In this document: positions 25,046 to 39,382 of the stretch, in pieces
Layout of the letters: every line of letters begins with the position of its first letter
How positions within the stretch are numbered: position 1 is the stretch's first letter
Assembly (NCBI RefSeq): GCF_001194135.2
Contig: NC_069002.1
Coordinates: forward strand, 36,775,535 to 36,839,534
Direction: 5' to 3'
DNA: 64,000 nucleotides
From: Octopus bimaculoides
Taxonomy: Eukaryota
Notes under the pieces: generated by a model
What the model was told of the DNA's origin: nothing
Database searches by the model: none
The model's input: only the letters and a program-made list of their open reading frames with translations
Made by a program: the position numbers and the translations under genes

Positions 25046-25544
25046 CGTCTTGTGTCTGTATCAAGCAGTTTTTATTATAGCTTCCCAACTATGTAGTTCC
25101 ACTGCATGGTACCTTGGGCAAGTGTCTTCTATTGTCCTAGTCTGCTCAAAGCCTTGTGAGTTGACAGAGACTAAAGGAAGCATATCATATGCCTCTTCAT
25201 TTTGACAGTGTGCAAATAGCTTAAATGAGGGTCACTCTGTTACAAGTGGTGTTATTTGTTAACAATCTGCCATGTGTGGATATGTATGGTCATTGGGGAA
25301 ACGTCTTGCTTGGAAGGAGGGCAACAGAAAAGGCTTTCAGTCAGAGGGAATCTGCCTCAACAAATGGGCACCTACCGATTTGGATAAGGGGACATAAAAA
25401 TGATGATATATACATATATATAAATATACATACACACGCACAGTTACATGTATCTGTGTATGGGTTTATATAGATAATAAATATACATGTATACGCGTGC
25501 GTGTGTATAATATATACTATTGTTCGGTATTGTGGACTGGCACT

Positions 25545-25820
25545 GTCAGTTATGACGACTAGTTTTCCAGTTGATGGTGAAATTTAGCGTACAAGTGGCT
25601 GAGTACTTACTCTACAGACAGACAGACATACTTTTCAGGTAGTTCTCGGAGATTTAGCATCACACAGGATGTAACAAGACTAGCCCTTTGGATAACAGGT
25701 TCCACCCGTTTTTTGCCGGCTGAGTGAACTGGAACAACGTACACTCAAGGCCTCTGCGCCACCGGTAATCGAACCTTTACGATCGTGAACCGGATACCCT
25801 TTCCACTAAGCCACGCACCT
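25545..25820 (-). mobile_element. SINE family G, diverged
   Basis: Reverse complement colinear with 42008-42328. Confidence 0.6.
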
Positions 25821-26649
25821 TCAAGCTAGATGCATATTTTAAATCGTTTCAATAATCGCCAGGATAATCTCGATAATTGTATTCAGTAATGAGAATGGAT
25901 GGCTCCTCGGTTTTTAAACCGTTGCTGGATTGTGTCAGAAATGAAACCTGGTGCATATAGGAAGTATATATATGGGCACACACACACACTCTCTCGCACA
26001 CTTATGTAGATCGCGTCAATAAAAGTTGGAAGCTTGTATATTTAATATTAAGTTTTGTGTGGTTCTGCTGGCTTGGTCCGTACGGATTCTGTGTGTCTTT
26101 CATTCTTGGCGAAAAAGAAATATTTAAATTTCAGACGCCTTTACAACTGTCATCCCTCGATGTCTGTGGCTGGTGATGCTCGTTGAGTGTTTGTAATGGT
26201 GGGAGTGTCTTAGATGATGAAGTAGATGAGTGAAGCTTTTAGCTCGTGGGGAGATATAATTTCCACTGTCGACTTGTCTGTGTGACTCATAACAAGTAGC
26301 AAACACACACACACACCTGTCTTGAATACATAGGCTGTAGCTGGTGTCGATAAGATTACGTGTGTGTGTGTATGTATCTATCTAATTAGATAGATAGATA
26401 GATAGATAGAGAGTAAGAGAGGGATCTAGAAATATGGATGCATTGACGTGAAGTGTGTGTGTGTATATATGTATACATATTACCTGGCGTGGGATTTGAC
26501 TATGTATTATATATATATTGATGATAGAGAAGTGTGTATGTATGTATATATAAATACATAGAGCTTGGTGAAACACGTTAGGTTATATGTACGGGGAAAT
26601 GCATGTATGCCCTTTTTTTTTTTAGCTAGTATGTGTACATTCATTTATT

Positions 26650-26685
<36 letters not shown>

Positions 26686-28565
26686 CATACACTTGAAACA
26701 AACTGTTTTGATCCATACCCGTAACTCCCAAAATATGTGAGTGTCTGTTCGTTTGTCCACTCACTGGTGTGTATATATATATATATATATANNNNNNNNN
26801 NNNNNNNNNNNNNNNNNNNNNNNNNNNNNNNNNNNNNNNNNNNNNNNNNNNNNNNNNNNNNNNNNNNNNNNNNNNNNNNNNNNNNNNNNNNNNNNNNNNN
26901 NNNNNNNNNNNNNNNNNNNNNNNNNNNNNNNNNNNNNNNNNNNNNNNNNNNNNNNNNNNNNNNNNNNNNNNNNNNNNNNNNNNNNNNNNNNNNNNNNNNN
27001 NNNNNNNNNNNNNNNNNNNNNNNNNNNNNNNNNNNNNNNNNNNNNNNNNNNNNNNNNNNNNNNNNNNNNNNNNNNNNNNNNNNNNNNNNNNNNNNNNNNN
27101 NNNNNNNNNNNNNNNNNNNNNNNNNNNNNNNNNNNNNNNNNNNNNNNNNNNNNNNNNNNNNNNNNNNNNNNNNNNNNNNNNNNNNNNNNNNNNNNNNNNN
27201 NNNNNNNNNNNNNNNNNNNNNNNNNNNNNNNNNNNNNNNNNNNNNNNNNNNNNNNNNNNNNNNNNNNNNNNNNNNNNNNNNNNNNNNNNNNNNNNNNNNN
27301 NNNNNNNNNNNNNNNNNNNNNNNNNNNNNNNNNNNNNNNNNNNNNNNNNNNNNNNNNNNNNNNNNNNNNNNNNNNNNNNNNNNNNNNNNNNNNNNNNNNN
27401 NNNNNNNNNNNNNNNNNNNNNNNNNNNNNNNNNNNNNNNNNNNNNNNNNNNNNNNNNNNNNNNNNNNNNNNNNNNNNNNNNNNNNNNNNNNNNNNNNNNN
27501 NNNNNNNNNNNNNNNNNNNNNGAGTTAAATCTCTCTCCTGAATACTTGGGGTCGCACGAAGAAAGGTTATCAACGACAACTGTTTCCCATAATTATACAT
27601 ACACACGTATATATGCACACATATACACATTGTGTAAAATCTGTAAATTGATAAGCAATTAGTGACTAATTTGAGACGGTCAAAATACTCCCATTAATAC
27701 ATTTTCTTTTAATTTTTCTTTGTCAATGAGAATGTGTGATGTTCATCCGTTTCTTGTTTTATTGGTGACGTAAGTCATGAATTTTGAGATAAGCGATGGA
27801 AAAATGTTTGACACACAGCATTTAATAAGCTAGTGTGTGTATAAATATAATTTCTTATATATACACACTTACATATATCTAAATGTGTTGTGTGTTCTAC
27901 ATTAATTTTATAAGCTGTTGATTTAGACATTGTTTTTACAATCATCGAGGTCGGCTTTAATTTTCATCCACCCGGGGTCGATAAAATGCACTACCTGTCA
28001 AGTAGTGAGGTCTATTCTAGCGATTATTACTCACTTTCCCTTCATCTCTGCTCTTGTAAATTTACAGACATCATCATTATTATCCTCAACATTACATTTT
28101 GCCTCCATTGAAAGACATCTCGCGTGCATAACCACTTTGCTAGAAACAGCAGCGAATCTAACTTGACTTGCATTCCACTTTTTTTTTTGTTTTCTATTTG
28201 TGAAGGACTGAGAATAGTTTTAGTCTCAGATAAACAGAATAAAAGATTGGCTAGTCACAGCTGAATGCCTTTGATTATGTCTTCTGTGAGTCGTGTGTNN
28301 NNNNNNNNATATATGTATGTATGTATGTATATATAGGCTAGGCGAAGGTAAATATGTCCGTGTGTGTGTGTATACACATTCAGATATTTCATTCTGGCCA
28401 TGAAGTGTGTGTGTGTATGTATTTTATTTATTAGTTGAAACTGATTCGTCACTCAAAGTGGATTACTTATAAAAGTAGTACTCAATGCAAAATTTCGAGT
28501 GTAGTGTTACATAGTGCAAAACTATATATATATATATGTTATATTGTTATTATTTGTATATTCTC

Positions 28566-28567
<2 letters not shown>

Positions 28568-28641
<74 letters not shown>
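28568..28641. repeat. (TA)n microsatellite, representative of many (e.g. 130-260, 10241-10330, 21350-21392, 29450-29490, 29810-29847, 43927-43991, 60128-60197)
   Basis: Read directly; these tracts explain the YIYIYI-type ORFs. Confidence 0.95.
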
Positions 28642-28644
<3 letters not shown>

Positions 28645-28899
28645 TCTGCGTAGTCATTCTGCTACCTAGAAACGGCAGCTAAATCTCCCTCGAACCACAT
28701 CCTAACATCTTAAAAAAAGAAAAAAGGTGGCGGGGGAAGTAGACTTGACTTAACGTAATCTTTATACTGATTGTAAGGTTGGCTTGTTTGATCGCAAGGC
28801 TTGACCTGAGGCTTTTAAACACCACCAACCACCAATTCTTGCTTCGTAAATGTCTTTATATATTTTCATATGTATAATGCGACTTGGTATATTTGTGTG

Positions 28900-29230
28900 G
28901 AAGGTGTCTTTTCCCCCTTTGCTTCGCTACCAACTTCGCCAAGTCTTTTGTTCGGTGTAAAGAACATGGCGGATAGTTTTTGGTTTTAGGATGGAAGTGT
29001 CGTCGTCTCGGCTCGTCTCGTCTCTTTTGGTCTCTCTTTTTCTTCGTCTTGCTCGCTGCTGAAAACATTTGGCTCTCTTTCCATTTATTACTGCTGAAAT
29101 ATATTATTATTATTTGCGTTCACACACTCATCGCAGCTCTTAATGTTTTTGCATTGTTGAATATAAAACATTTCATTGTGACTCAGGACGGAGTGAAGAA
29201 TTTACTTTCTGCTTCTTCCTGAAAATATTA
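28900..29230 (+). promoter_or_regulatory. CpG-enriched patch in CK1 intron 1 with a YY1-like motif; possible alternative promoter or enhancer
   Basis: AACATGGCGG at 28963-28972; many CpGs against a CpG-poor background; no match to the repeat families seen here. Confidence 0.35.
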
Positions 29231-29439
29231 AATTAAAGAAATAAAACAAAAGACGAGGCTGTCGTATATTTTTCTTAGTTTAATTGTATATACAACATAT
29301 CTTTATACACGCTTTATTCTATATCAGATTGTGGGTATAACATTTTTTAAATATTATAGTGTAGGTGTATGTTTCACATTGTAAGTCGTTTGTGTATTGT
29401 ATACACACTGTAACGAGTATATATTATATATTGCAAGTA

Positions 29440-29496
<57 letters not shown>

Positions 29497-29798
29497 GAGA
29501 AAATACATAAACTCTGTACCTCTGTGTGTATGTGTTGTATGTGCACCCACAAATCTTTGGTTCTTAGTTTCGAATGAAATAAAAATGTGCCCGGGAAAAA
29601 ATATGATACAAAAATAATTATCTTGACTTTTTAGACAATCGCTTCATTTGAATGGAAATGTTCGTTCTTTTTTTCTTTTCTTTTATTTACTGAAAATCTC
29701 AGAAGCGTTTCTCAGGAATAAAATATAAGAATTCGCAAAAACAAAAACAAAAAAAACAGTCTAAATACTTCCAACTTTGTGCGTGTATAATATAGATA

Positions 29799-29850
<52 letters not shown>

Positions 29851-30679
29851 TACCCTTTAAACTTTGGCTCCTTCTCCCCTTTCTATCTTTTGTCTCTCTC
29901 TGGTGTCCTTCATTTTGTATAGTTTAGGGATGGATCTCATTTTTCTCTCATTGCTGTGATTTACGATATTATATAATTAGTTGTAATGGTTTTAATATCG
30001 ATATTTTACCTGCTCTTCTCGAAATATGTGTGTGTGTGTGTATATTTCTAGATGGCTGTGTGGTAAAAAGTCTGCTTCCCAACCACACGGTTTCCTGTTC
30101 AGTCCCTCTGTGTCTATTGAAGTACCTTGGGGGTATTTGATATTCTTAGTTTTTTTCTCTCAGAAGTTAAAAAGAACAAATTTCAGAAAATTACTCAACA
30201 TTTTCCTCGTAAAGATGTATCCCTTTGCAAAACTAGTCTGTAATTTCGAACACACATGCACCCACTATTATATATTAAGATATATGTTAATATTATATAT
30301 ATATGTAGGTAAAAATTGAACTTTAACACAAATGCTGTTAAATTTTTACCTGATACGAAAAGTTATTGTTTTATAAAATCATTTTAATGTCCACCTTTCA
30401 ATGCTTGTATTGATCGAGCAGAATTCCTTGAAGCAGATGTTTTTTTTTTATGGCCAGATCCCTTTCTTGTTGCCAACCCACACCTATTTGTAAGCATGGT
30501 AACATTTCCCTATGGTTAGGAATATGTCTTGTGGATTGGGAACAAACAGAGACACGCTCACTTAACATTCTAATTAGCAGAACTCACTCAAGGGCTAGGA
30601 GTTTTATTAATGGCATTTTAAGGGTCCATACATGAAACTTTTGGCCCTCGAGTCACTAAGTAACATCTGCCAATTAATT

Positions 30680-30982
30680 TTCGAGCGAGATCGTTGCCAG
30701 TGCCCCTGGACTGGCTCTTGTGCAGGTGGCACATAAACTACACCATTTTGAGTGTGGCCGTTGCCAGTACCGCCTGACTGGCCTTCGTGCGGGTGACACG
30801 TAAAAGCACCCACTACACTCTGAGTGGTTGGCGTTAAGAAGGGCATCCAGCTGTAGAAACTCTGCCAAATCAGATTGGAACCTGGTGTTGCCATCCGGTT
30901 TCACCAGTCCTCAGTCAAATTGTCCAACCCATGCTAGCATGGAAAGCGGACGTTAAACAACGACGACGATGATGATGATGAT
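30680..30982 (+). mobile_element. Family B copy
   Basis: Colinear with 11516-11796; (GAC/GAT)n tail. Confidence 0.8.
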
Positions 30983-31009
30983 CATATATAATATACGCAC
31001 ATACAGATA

Positions 31010-31345
31010 TGACTAGTTGAGAGGCTTGCTTCTCAACTATGTAATGTTTGGTTCAGTCCTATTGCAGAGCACGTTGGATAAATGGTTTTTATACCCCCAG
31101 GCCAGCTAAAGCCTTGTAAGTAGATCTGATAGATGGAAACTGAAAGAAGCCTGTCATACATTTGTGCTTGTGTGTGGAGGGGATGTATGTGTCTACTCAC
31201 GCCCAGACATTATACATGATGGTTGTAAATGAGTGTCTGTCATACAAGTGAGGGTTGGTGACAGAAAGGGCATGCAACCACAGGAATTCTCTACCTCAAG
31301 ATCCATGCAAGCATGAAAAAGTGGATATTAAAATGATGATAAATG
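31010..31345 (+). mobile_element. SINE subfamily A2, diverged
   Basis: A head plus CATGCAAGCATGAAAAAGTGGATATTAAAATGATGAT tail. Confidence 0.6.
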
Positions 31346-33254
31346 ATACATGTATGTTATTAATGTTTGTTTTTATGTCAAGTTCATCATCATCATCAAT
31401 AAAAAAAAAACTGTTTAACATTAAACTGGAGGATCAATTCATACTTTTAGTAGATTATTTGTTCATTAAATTTTTTCTGGGAAAATTACATATATCTGCT
31501 TTAATAGTTAGTCATTTGTGTAATTACTCAAGGATATCAACCCAGTTCAGTTTGGTATTATTTGTCAACACCTCGTGGGTTAGTAACATTTTTATCAAAA
31601 AGAGTAATTTTAATGTTCATATTAGGCAACGCCATATCATTTTTTGATGTTTATGGTGTCTACGGTTATATGTGAAATGAAATGGTCCCTGGGCTTCTGT
31701 TAATTTTAGGATGCAACTGATCTAACCATTTGCTGTATTACTTCAGTAAATTAGTCAAGCACTTGAGGGTTCATCATTCAGAAGAATATATAAACCAGAC
31801 AGACTTGGTACTAACCAGGAAATGAGGTAGGCATGGAAATAGTAACACTCCTGATACACTGATGGTCAGGAAGATCTGGACAGAAGCCAGAGGTACAGGA
31901 CAATCCAGAGAAGGAAGTTAGGGAAGTAAAAAAAAACTTAGATGTAACTTCAAAGAAACAACATGTCTAGTGATGAGGTGGAGATTGACTTACAACATAC
32001 TGGAGCTGAGTTACAATTGACAGGCTTAATTCTTGTAAATTCTATATCAAAGCCTGTCACTTAACACTTGTTTTTGTTGAAGGGCTATTAGTTTACCTCT
32101 CTGTTGTTGTCTTTTGTTGGCACTTTCTATCTATTATGGGTAGTCAAGTCTCAGCAGCTAGTGGTTTGTGAATTCAATTTGTTTGATGTTTAACAACTTG
32201 ATCAATTATGGTGTCACAACCCCATTTGTTCATTTTTGGTGGTTTATTGGTGTAAATAGTGAACTTATTGAACCTTGCTACATTTTGGTCTCCCTTATTT
32301 CCTTCACTCACTTTCGTTTGTAAGTGGCTTCCATCTTTGTAACAGCAGCATTGCTATGCCATTATTTGTATAATGGACTGTTTAAGAAACTCTTTTGGAT
32401 GAAGGGTCTACTATCTTTACAAATGTATGTTGCTATGCATTGCACTGAAATGTAAGTAGTTAGGATATTTTATATCCCAGTACATCTTCATCCTCTGGGT
32501 CATTTCTGAACTTTTTGTTAATTAGTGCAGATAATTATTCTTCAATTCAAAACTCCACTGGAAATTGTCTTGTTCTGCATCTTTGCAAAAGTTGACTCCC
32601 ATTTTCTGCTTAGCCATGGCATGTATAATATTTGTGTTATTTAGTTCAGTCTTACTGCTTGATAACTGATATAGTCTTCAGGAAACATTTTTTGCATTTA
32701 TTCAAAGATAACCATTTTCTTTTTCTTATCCAGGCTTTTATTTGTGGCAAAAGTTTAAAGAATAGTATTCAGTACATAAAATGTAGATAGTTGGATAGTT
32801 CCCTCTGTTGATATGACCAATGTATTACTATGTGATTTAGATCAAGTACTGGAAGTCATGTTTGCAGAAACATGCACCAACATGTTTTTGTCTTTATATA
32901 GATTGATATAAAGAAGCATTTATAGGTAAGGGCATAGCTGTGTACTAAAATTTACTTTGTAACCATTTAAGTTTCAAGCTCTATCTTACTGTGTGGCACT
33001 TAGGACGAGTGTCTTCTTTTAAAGCTGTGGACTGAACAATATCATGTCAGTGAAATTGGTTACAACTGCACAGAAGCTTGTCATGTGAATGTGTGTGTGT
33101 GGGCATGTTTCCCTCGTGTCTGCATTGACACTGTTTGGGTAATAGTGATACATTTGCATTTCCAGCAGAGTAAAAAACAAGGGTTGGCAACAGGAGGAGC
33201 ATCTGACGAGAATAGTGCCTCAATAAGTGATGATATCTTTTACATGTTCCTGTC

Positions 33255-33358
33255 ATCAGATTGTGGCCATGGGGCACTGCCTCAAAGAATTTTAGTTGAA
33301 TGAATTGACCCCAGTACTTTAAAGCCTGATACTTATTCTACTGGTCCCTTTTATTATT

Positions 33359-33389
<31 letters not shown>

Positions 33390-33545
33390 TGACAGGCTAC
33401 TTTCAGTTTCCGTCTACCAAATCCACTAAAGGCTTTGGTTGGCCAAGGCTTTTAATAAAAGACTCTTGCCCAAGATTCCATGCAGTGGGGCTGAATCTGG
33501 AACCATGTAATTAGGAAGCAAAATTCTTACCACATAGCCACCTGT
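33255..33545 (-). mobile_element. SINE family A copy with internal deletion
   Basis: Reverse-complement head and tail both recognisable. Confidence 0.7.
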
Positions 33546-35872
33546 GATAGTTTGGTTATCTGTTTGTTTGTGCCTAGTTGCCTTCTACATCTGTTAGCGA
33601 ATCTTCATGAAACTTTTTATACATGTTAAACTAACATCCAATTTGTTACTAGGCTCATTACAGTTTAGGCCAGGGCCCCTAGAAAGAGTCCCATCTATTT
33701 TCCTTTAAAAGCCAAGGGGAAATAACCCTTTCATTTTTCTTTATTTTTCTCTTTTGCCCACTAGTCATTTCTCCCTCCATTTATTAGAGAAGCAGTATCA
33801 TTAGAGTGATCGGTTGCCAGTGGTTACGATGTATGAATACATGTGCATTCTACATTAAGTGAACTTTCTTACAAGAAGTTGTTAAATTTAATGACATTTC
33901 ATAGACCTACCTAAGATCTTTCATTTAAAACAAATTTGAGTAAAATCTTACCATGGGTTATGGAGATATCAATGCCACAACTTACTTGCAAATTTTACCA
34001 TTGATGTACTGTTTCCATGGCGACTATGCAAAATTTTTTCAAACTATTACATTTTATTTGATATAAATCAAGTTGAGTATGTTTATTTTCTAGTATTTGA
34101 ACTGTTAGGGTTATTTTTGCACTGTGCCCAGAGCAACTCTTAAACAAGCAGGTAGTATTTTCCTCAACAATAAGATCCACTTATTTCAGTTAGTGACTTA
34201 TTCACGAATATCCCATGAATGACAATGCCTTTCATGTCACTTCAGCCAATTGACAGGTGCTGCATGAAGAACTTTCCAGAGTTTACTTACTTTGAATTGT
34301 TATAATCTCATATCCAGTTTGCCTGTTATTACATAACATACTTCACGATTTTGGTATACATACCTTATTGGTATTTCCTCCTAAGTTCTATATACTCTGG
34401 GAATGCATCGAAGCCCTTTTCAGGGCTACTTTATTTGAATTCTTACTATCGGCTAACTGATTTACATGTTATTACATAACTGACTTCATGATTTTGGTAT
34501 TCATGACTTATTGGGATTTCCTAAAAACAAGATCCTATGTAAGATAGTTCAGTATTCTCTGTAAATGCACAAAAGGCTGTTTTATGAGCTGCATACTTAG
34601 TATTGTTGCTATTGGATTAGCAAAACAATTATGAGAACGAGACCAGGAGATAAGCCCTACTTTTCCGGGAATTACCGAGTAAGGCAGATAGTTATATATC
34701 AATTTTTTATACAATTTCTTTTTCTTTAAATGATGGAATGATACAATAATGGAAATATTAAATTGTGAATTGAATGTTACGTTAACAATTTTGCTGCTGA
34801 GTATTCTATTCCTTCTTCACCAATTTTGATGCAGTGTGTAGAGGCTCCTTAGTTTGCTCAACTGTTTGGTCCCAAGTAAATCCTAATCAAACGAATATCC
34901 AAAGTTACTCATCCTGCCTTTTTGTTTAGTGGACTACACTATAGTCTTTATTTAACATGGCTGCTTGTGATTTATAGGAAATTAAGCTGTTATTTCCTAG
35001 AAGATTGAACGACTGCATATAGACTCCTTTGTCATATGTATTTATACTTGGTGTGGTTTAAGTTTTGAATTCAGATAATCTCTGTTTATATTTCTTATTC
35101 TTGTTCATGCTGGCCATCAGTTTATCTCTTAACCATCACCTGTTTATTGATTTATTCACCATTTGGTTTGAAACATTTTTATATGCACTGTTGTGGAGTT
35201 CTTGACCTCTGGTTAGGTCTACATACAAAACCCATCAATCTTAAAGTTTACGTTAATAAATTAAAGCACTCCATAATTTTATCTAAGAAAGAAATTAGTT
35301 GACTAAATACTTCCAAATTACGGATTAATTTCAATATTAATTGAAACCTGGCCAATCAATTTCAGTATAAATATAATCACAAATTGTTTATGCAGTTTTG
35401 ATATATACTGTTTGTAAGCAATAGTTTCATTGTTTTTCTTGTCATTTCTTTTATCTATTTTTAATGTACAAAACATAAACAAGCAAAGACTTTCAAGATT
35501 AAAAGAACTGAAAGTACAATGACCTTTGTGTTGCAATAATAAAAGAAAATAGAGAAAATTATTGATTAGTTTTAAGTGATATCATCGTAAATTATGTATG
35601 CATGCCAAGTTACATATGTTATTGCAAGTTTAACTTCCATCTGATATGTTAAATCAAACCTCGTTTTAATCTGCCCAAAACATCCTGGATTTTTCCTGTA
35701 GATAACTTAAGTATTAAAGAATAACTAAGCTTTTGTTTTTAATGTTTGTGTTGTGGTCTGTTCCCATGTTAGACCTATAATGAAAAATAAATTTCCACAT
35801 CCTTCACCGTTCCATCTATTTTGTAGGCAGTGAATCCAGGACAATATTATCCAATGTGTTGTTTTTTTTTCT

Positions 35873-36100
35873 TTTACCCTTTAGCATTTGAATCAGCCAT
35901 TATCTGACCCAAATATTTTACCTGTTTTATTTTCAAACCAACCAGATGTGGCCTCTTAACATCTATCTACTTCACAATGTCATTCTAAAAATATAGTCAC
36001 ATCAAAATCTCAAAGCTACGAGATAATGCATGATTAATTCAAAACAACATGGATTAATAGATGTTATATTTGACCTAGTAACTGAATGCTGAAGGGTTAA
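35873..36100. mobile_element. piggyBac-like MITE (family E)
   Basis: ACCCTTTAGCATTT...GAATGCTGAAGGGTTAA. Confidence 0.7.
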
Positions 36101-36469
36101 CTTGATATGATGTAATTTGAGTGAGATTTGGCTGCTAGTTTTAGTAGCAACTCTTTCATCAGAAGTAAATATTTGGTTTCCTATAAAGCAACAAGACATA
36201 AATGTAAAACAAAAATGTCTTGTTATCAGTATTGTGTTGTATTTAATGAAGCCTCTTTTTTGAATATTGTTAACATTTTTTTTCTTGGTTTGCTTGTGAT
36301 CTTGGAGTTAGTCAGTCCATGCCATCTATATAATAGACTTTATTCGCTTTGAAAATGTTGTGGCCAATTTATTTCTCTAAAATGACTGAATAAATGTTCC
36401 TAGCTATAATGATTGAATGATATTGTCAACTGTATTTAGAGCTGAGGTGTCTTCTTTTAACTACTAACG

Positions 36470-36601
36470 CAGTGGTTCTCATAAGGACAAATACCAGCTC
36501 CCCACTCTTTAGTGAAAACTTTTGGCATTTCCATCTTTATTAACAAGAAATCAATTTGCCCATCTTTTCAACCCCATTCTCCCCTAACATGAGAAATACT
36601 G
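36470..36601. mobile_element. Possible small hAT/Charlie-like MITE
   Basis: CAGTGGTTCTCAT ... ATGAGAAATACTG (11/13 inverted match); no matching 8-bp TSD. Confidence 0.3.
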
Positions 36602-38466
36602 CTCTGAAGTCTTGATTGATCACCAACTTGGTTACAGTTGTATCCCAGATTTATTGTTTTCAAGATGAATGTTTATTCATCAGATCAGAAACAATTTTTT
36701 ATAACCTCAGAATATGGTAACTGTATTTCACAAAGACTGCTAGATTTTTGTTTTATTGATAAAGAATTAATTTGCCTTACTGCTTGAGTATATATTTTCT
36801 ATCAACAGTTGGTAAGCTAGGTTCAGGATTTGGTAAGCCAGGTTCACTTTTTTTAAAAATCTTCCCTCCTTTGTATTTTGAATGCAAGAAAATTGACTAG
36901 TTCTGTTTGAATAAAGTAGAACTAAAGCTGCTATATATAATCTTGACCTGGATCGGATACAAGAATGTTAATTTTGTCAAATGTTTAAAGTGTCTTACAC
37001 TACTGCACCTGATGATTCCACTTGAAAGAATTTGTGGAATTGGTGTTGAGAATATTGAATTTTCTTCATTTATTTCGTTAAATGAATTGCATTTGAGTTG
37101 CTATGAATTGAGTATTCATAGAAATGAAATTGTTAACCTGATCTGAATATTGAAAACCTGTTCCCTGTATTGCATAACATGAAAAGCAATAATGTTGTCT
37201 CATTATATAAAGTGAATACATCTGATTGAATTGATCTAATCAATAAAAAAATAACCACAGATTCTTCAGGAAGTCTTAGAATTAATTAAATTCATTAAGG
37301 CAAAGAGACGTGGTACCAATAACATTTTCAGTCCTTCCTGTATTTGGTGTTTGGAATAACAGGACGGGCTTAGTTGGTTGTTCAGTTTGAACAAGAGTTG
37401 AAGGGACATAGTTCTGGAGAGGAGGAGACATTGGATGGAGTTATTAGCAGAGGCCTGAGAAATAAATATAAGTTCATTACAATAAAATAAGTTACATAGG
37501 TAAAATATTGCTCATTTATATAGATGTATGTAAAATATCTATTTAACCAAAAGGATTTTAAAATCTGTTATATCCTTTATTTTGAACTGCATCAGAGATT
37601 AGAAAATTACTATTTTTAAATCTCACAACGAGAGATATTCAGCAACAGTACTTTAGAGTAAAGATTTTTGCCAACATAACATGGCAGTCCTGGTTTGTCA
37701 CTTCAATATAAAATAAAATTCCACAACAATTTGGCTTACACTGACTGTATGTTGTGTGCTTTCAGTTAATGTAAGAAACACATTCTTTGAATTACAAAAA
37801 AATGCAGTTGGTCAATGGCACCGTGAATTGAGGAATCAGTTAAAGGTTTTGTGTACCAACTCCACATCCCTACTAAATAGAAAACTGTGTATAATAAGTT
37901 TAATATAAGTTTTTAATCTTGCTTACATCTAGTTCATTTACTATTCTGCAAGTATCTCTCTTAACATAACATTTCTGCTTTTTAGAACTGATTCTTCAGA
38001 AATTCAAGATGGTTATCAATTCCAAGATTCAAATTCACATACCATTCCTTCATTTTTTCCACCCAGAAGTTCTAAACTGAATTAATTATGTAATTTACTG
38101 TAAATTAATTTAGTGTTAAATATGTGCAATGAAAATTACATGTCACGTCTGGTTTAACGATTTCAACACTGATTTTATTTTCTGCTCATTATTTATAATT
38201 TTGAATCATTAAAGTATGAATCACAGAAATTGTTTCTTAATTGAAATACTGTCTGATTTACTTCAGCTGTGAATTGTCAGGCACATGCTTGTAAATAGAC
38301 AAAAGTCTTGGGAGTGAAATTTGTTAAGATGGTAACTGTGGAAGTCTGCCTGACAGGCTGGGAGTGTGAGGATGACACTTGATGCACAGTATGACCCTGT
38401 CCCCTTGACTGTAAATAGATAAGTTCACTTAGTAATTTAGGGAGAAAATTGAATGCCAGAAGGCAG

Positions 38467-38525
38467 TGGTATACCAGCATATAATATGTGGTATACCAGT
38501 ATACCACTGGTATACCAGTGGTATA
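38467..38525. repeat. Cluster of TGGTATACCA palindromes including a perfect 26-bp palindrome (38500-38525)
   Basis: TGGTATACCA at 38467, 38489 and 38508. Confidence 0.9.
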
Positions 38526-39382
38526 ATATGTCAGAAAAATCTTCAGTATGTGGCTCTGTTACAGGGTCACCAAAGTCAGCTTTGATTGAAAGTTTTATCC
38601 AATTAGACACAATAGCTGTCCTTAAATCTCATACATAGTTGAAATATTACCCCTGTATATATTGTTGTCATAGAGTTTATAATTTTGAATTGGGGCATCT
38701 TAAAAGAATCAGGTCACAAGTTACTTTTTGATTAGTTAACAAGATCTTTTCATCACTTCAAACCTGCCACCCTATGCCTTTTGTTGCTCATAAAATAGAC
38801 ATTAAAATCCCGTATTTTATTTGTAATCTTTTTCTGGTATCAAGTGGAATAGTTTTTTTTTTTTTTATGTCTGTAGCATAAAGTATCCCCAGTTATAGTA
38901 TTCTATTATTCTCTTGTTCTGCTGCTATTAAGATTGTTTTGGACCTAGTCTTCACTGTTAAGTAGCACTCCAGGAATCTGATAGAGAACCATTTATTAAA
39001 TTAAAAGTAGTGTAAACAGAGAATAATACTAAGCTGATAACTCTTTCTTTGGTTAATCAGTTGTCAGTAGTAGTAGCAGTAGCAGCAGTTGAGGGAGAAG
39101 TTTATGTCGACTAATGGAATCTCACTATGAAATCTGTTAATTGTTGGCAGTATGGTGCTTACTATAAAATGTGAGGACTGGTATTTTGTAATGAGGGATA
39201 GGTTGTGTATAAGTTGGGAGGATAGTTCTGACAAGCCAAAAGTAACTAGGGTAAAACAAAAAAATGTTTTGGATGTGATGAAACCAAATCATGAGACTTA
39301 TATGAGGTTGGTGGGGCAGTTATAATCCATTTATGACTGTAAGGAAATACAATTTTTTTTTTTTTATTTTAAATAATCAGTA

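Noticed and set aside
31745-31830. KLVKHLRVHHSEEY, resembling the end of a BED zinc finger from a hAT transposase
   Set aside because: Too short, upstream Cys pair not recoverable in frame, and no other transposase sequence seen.
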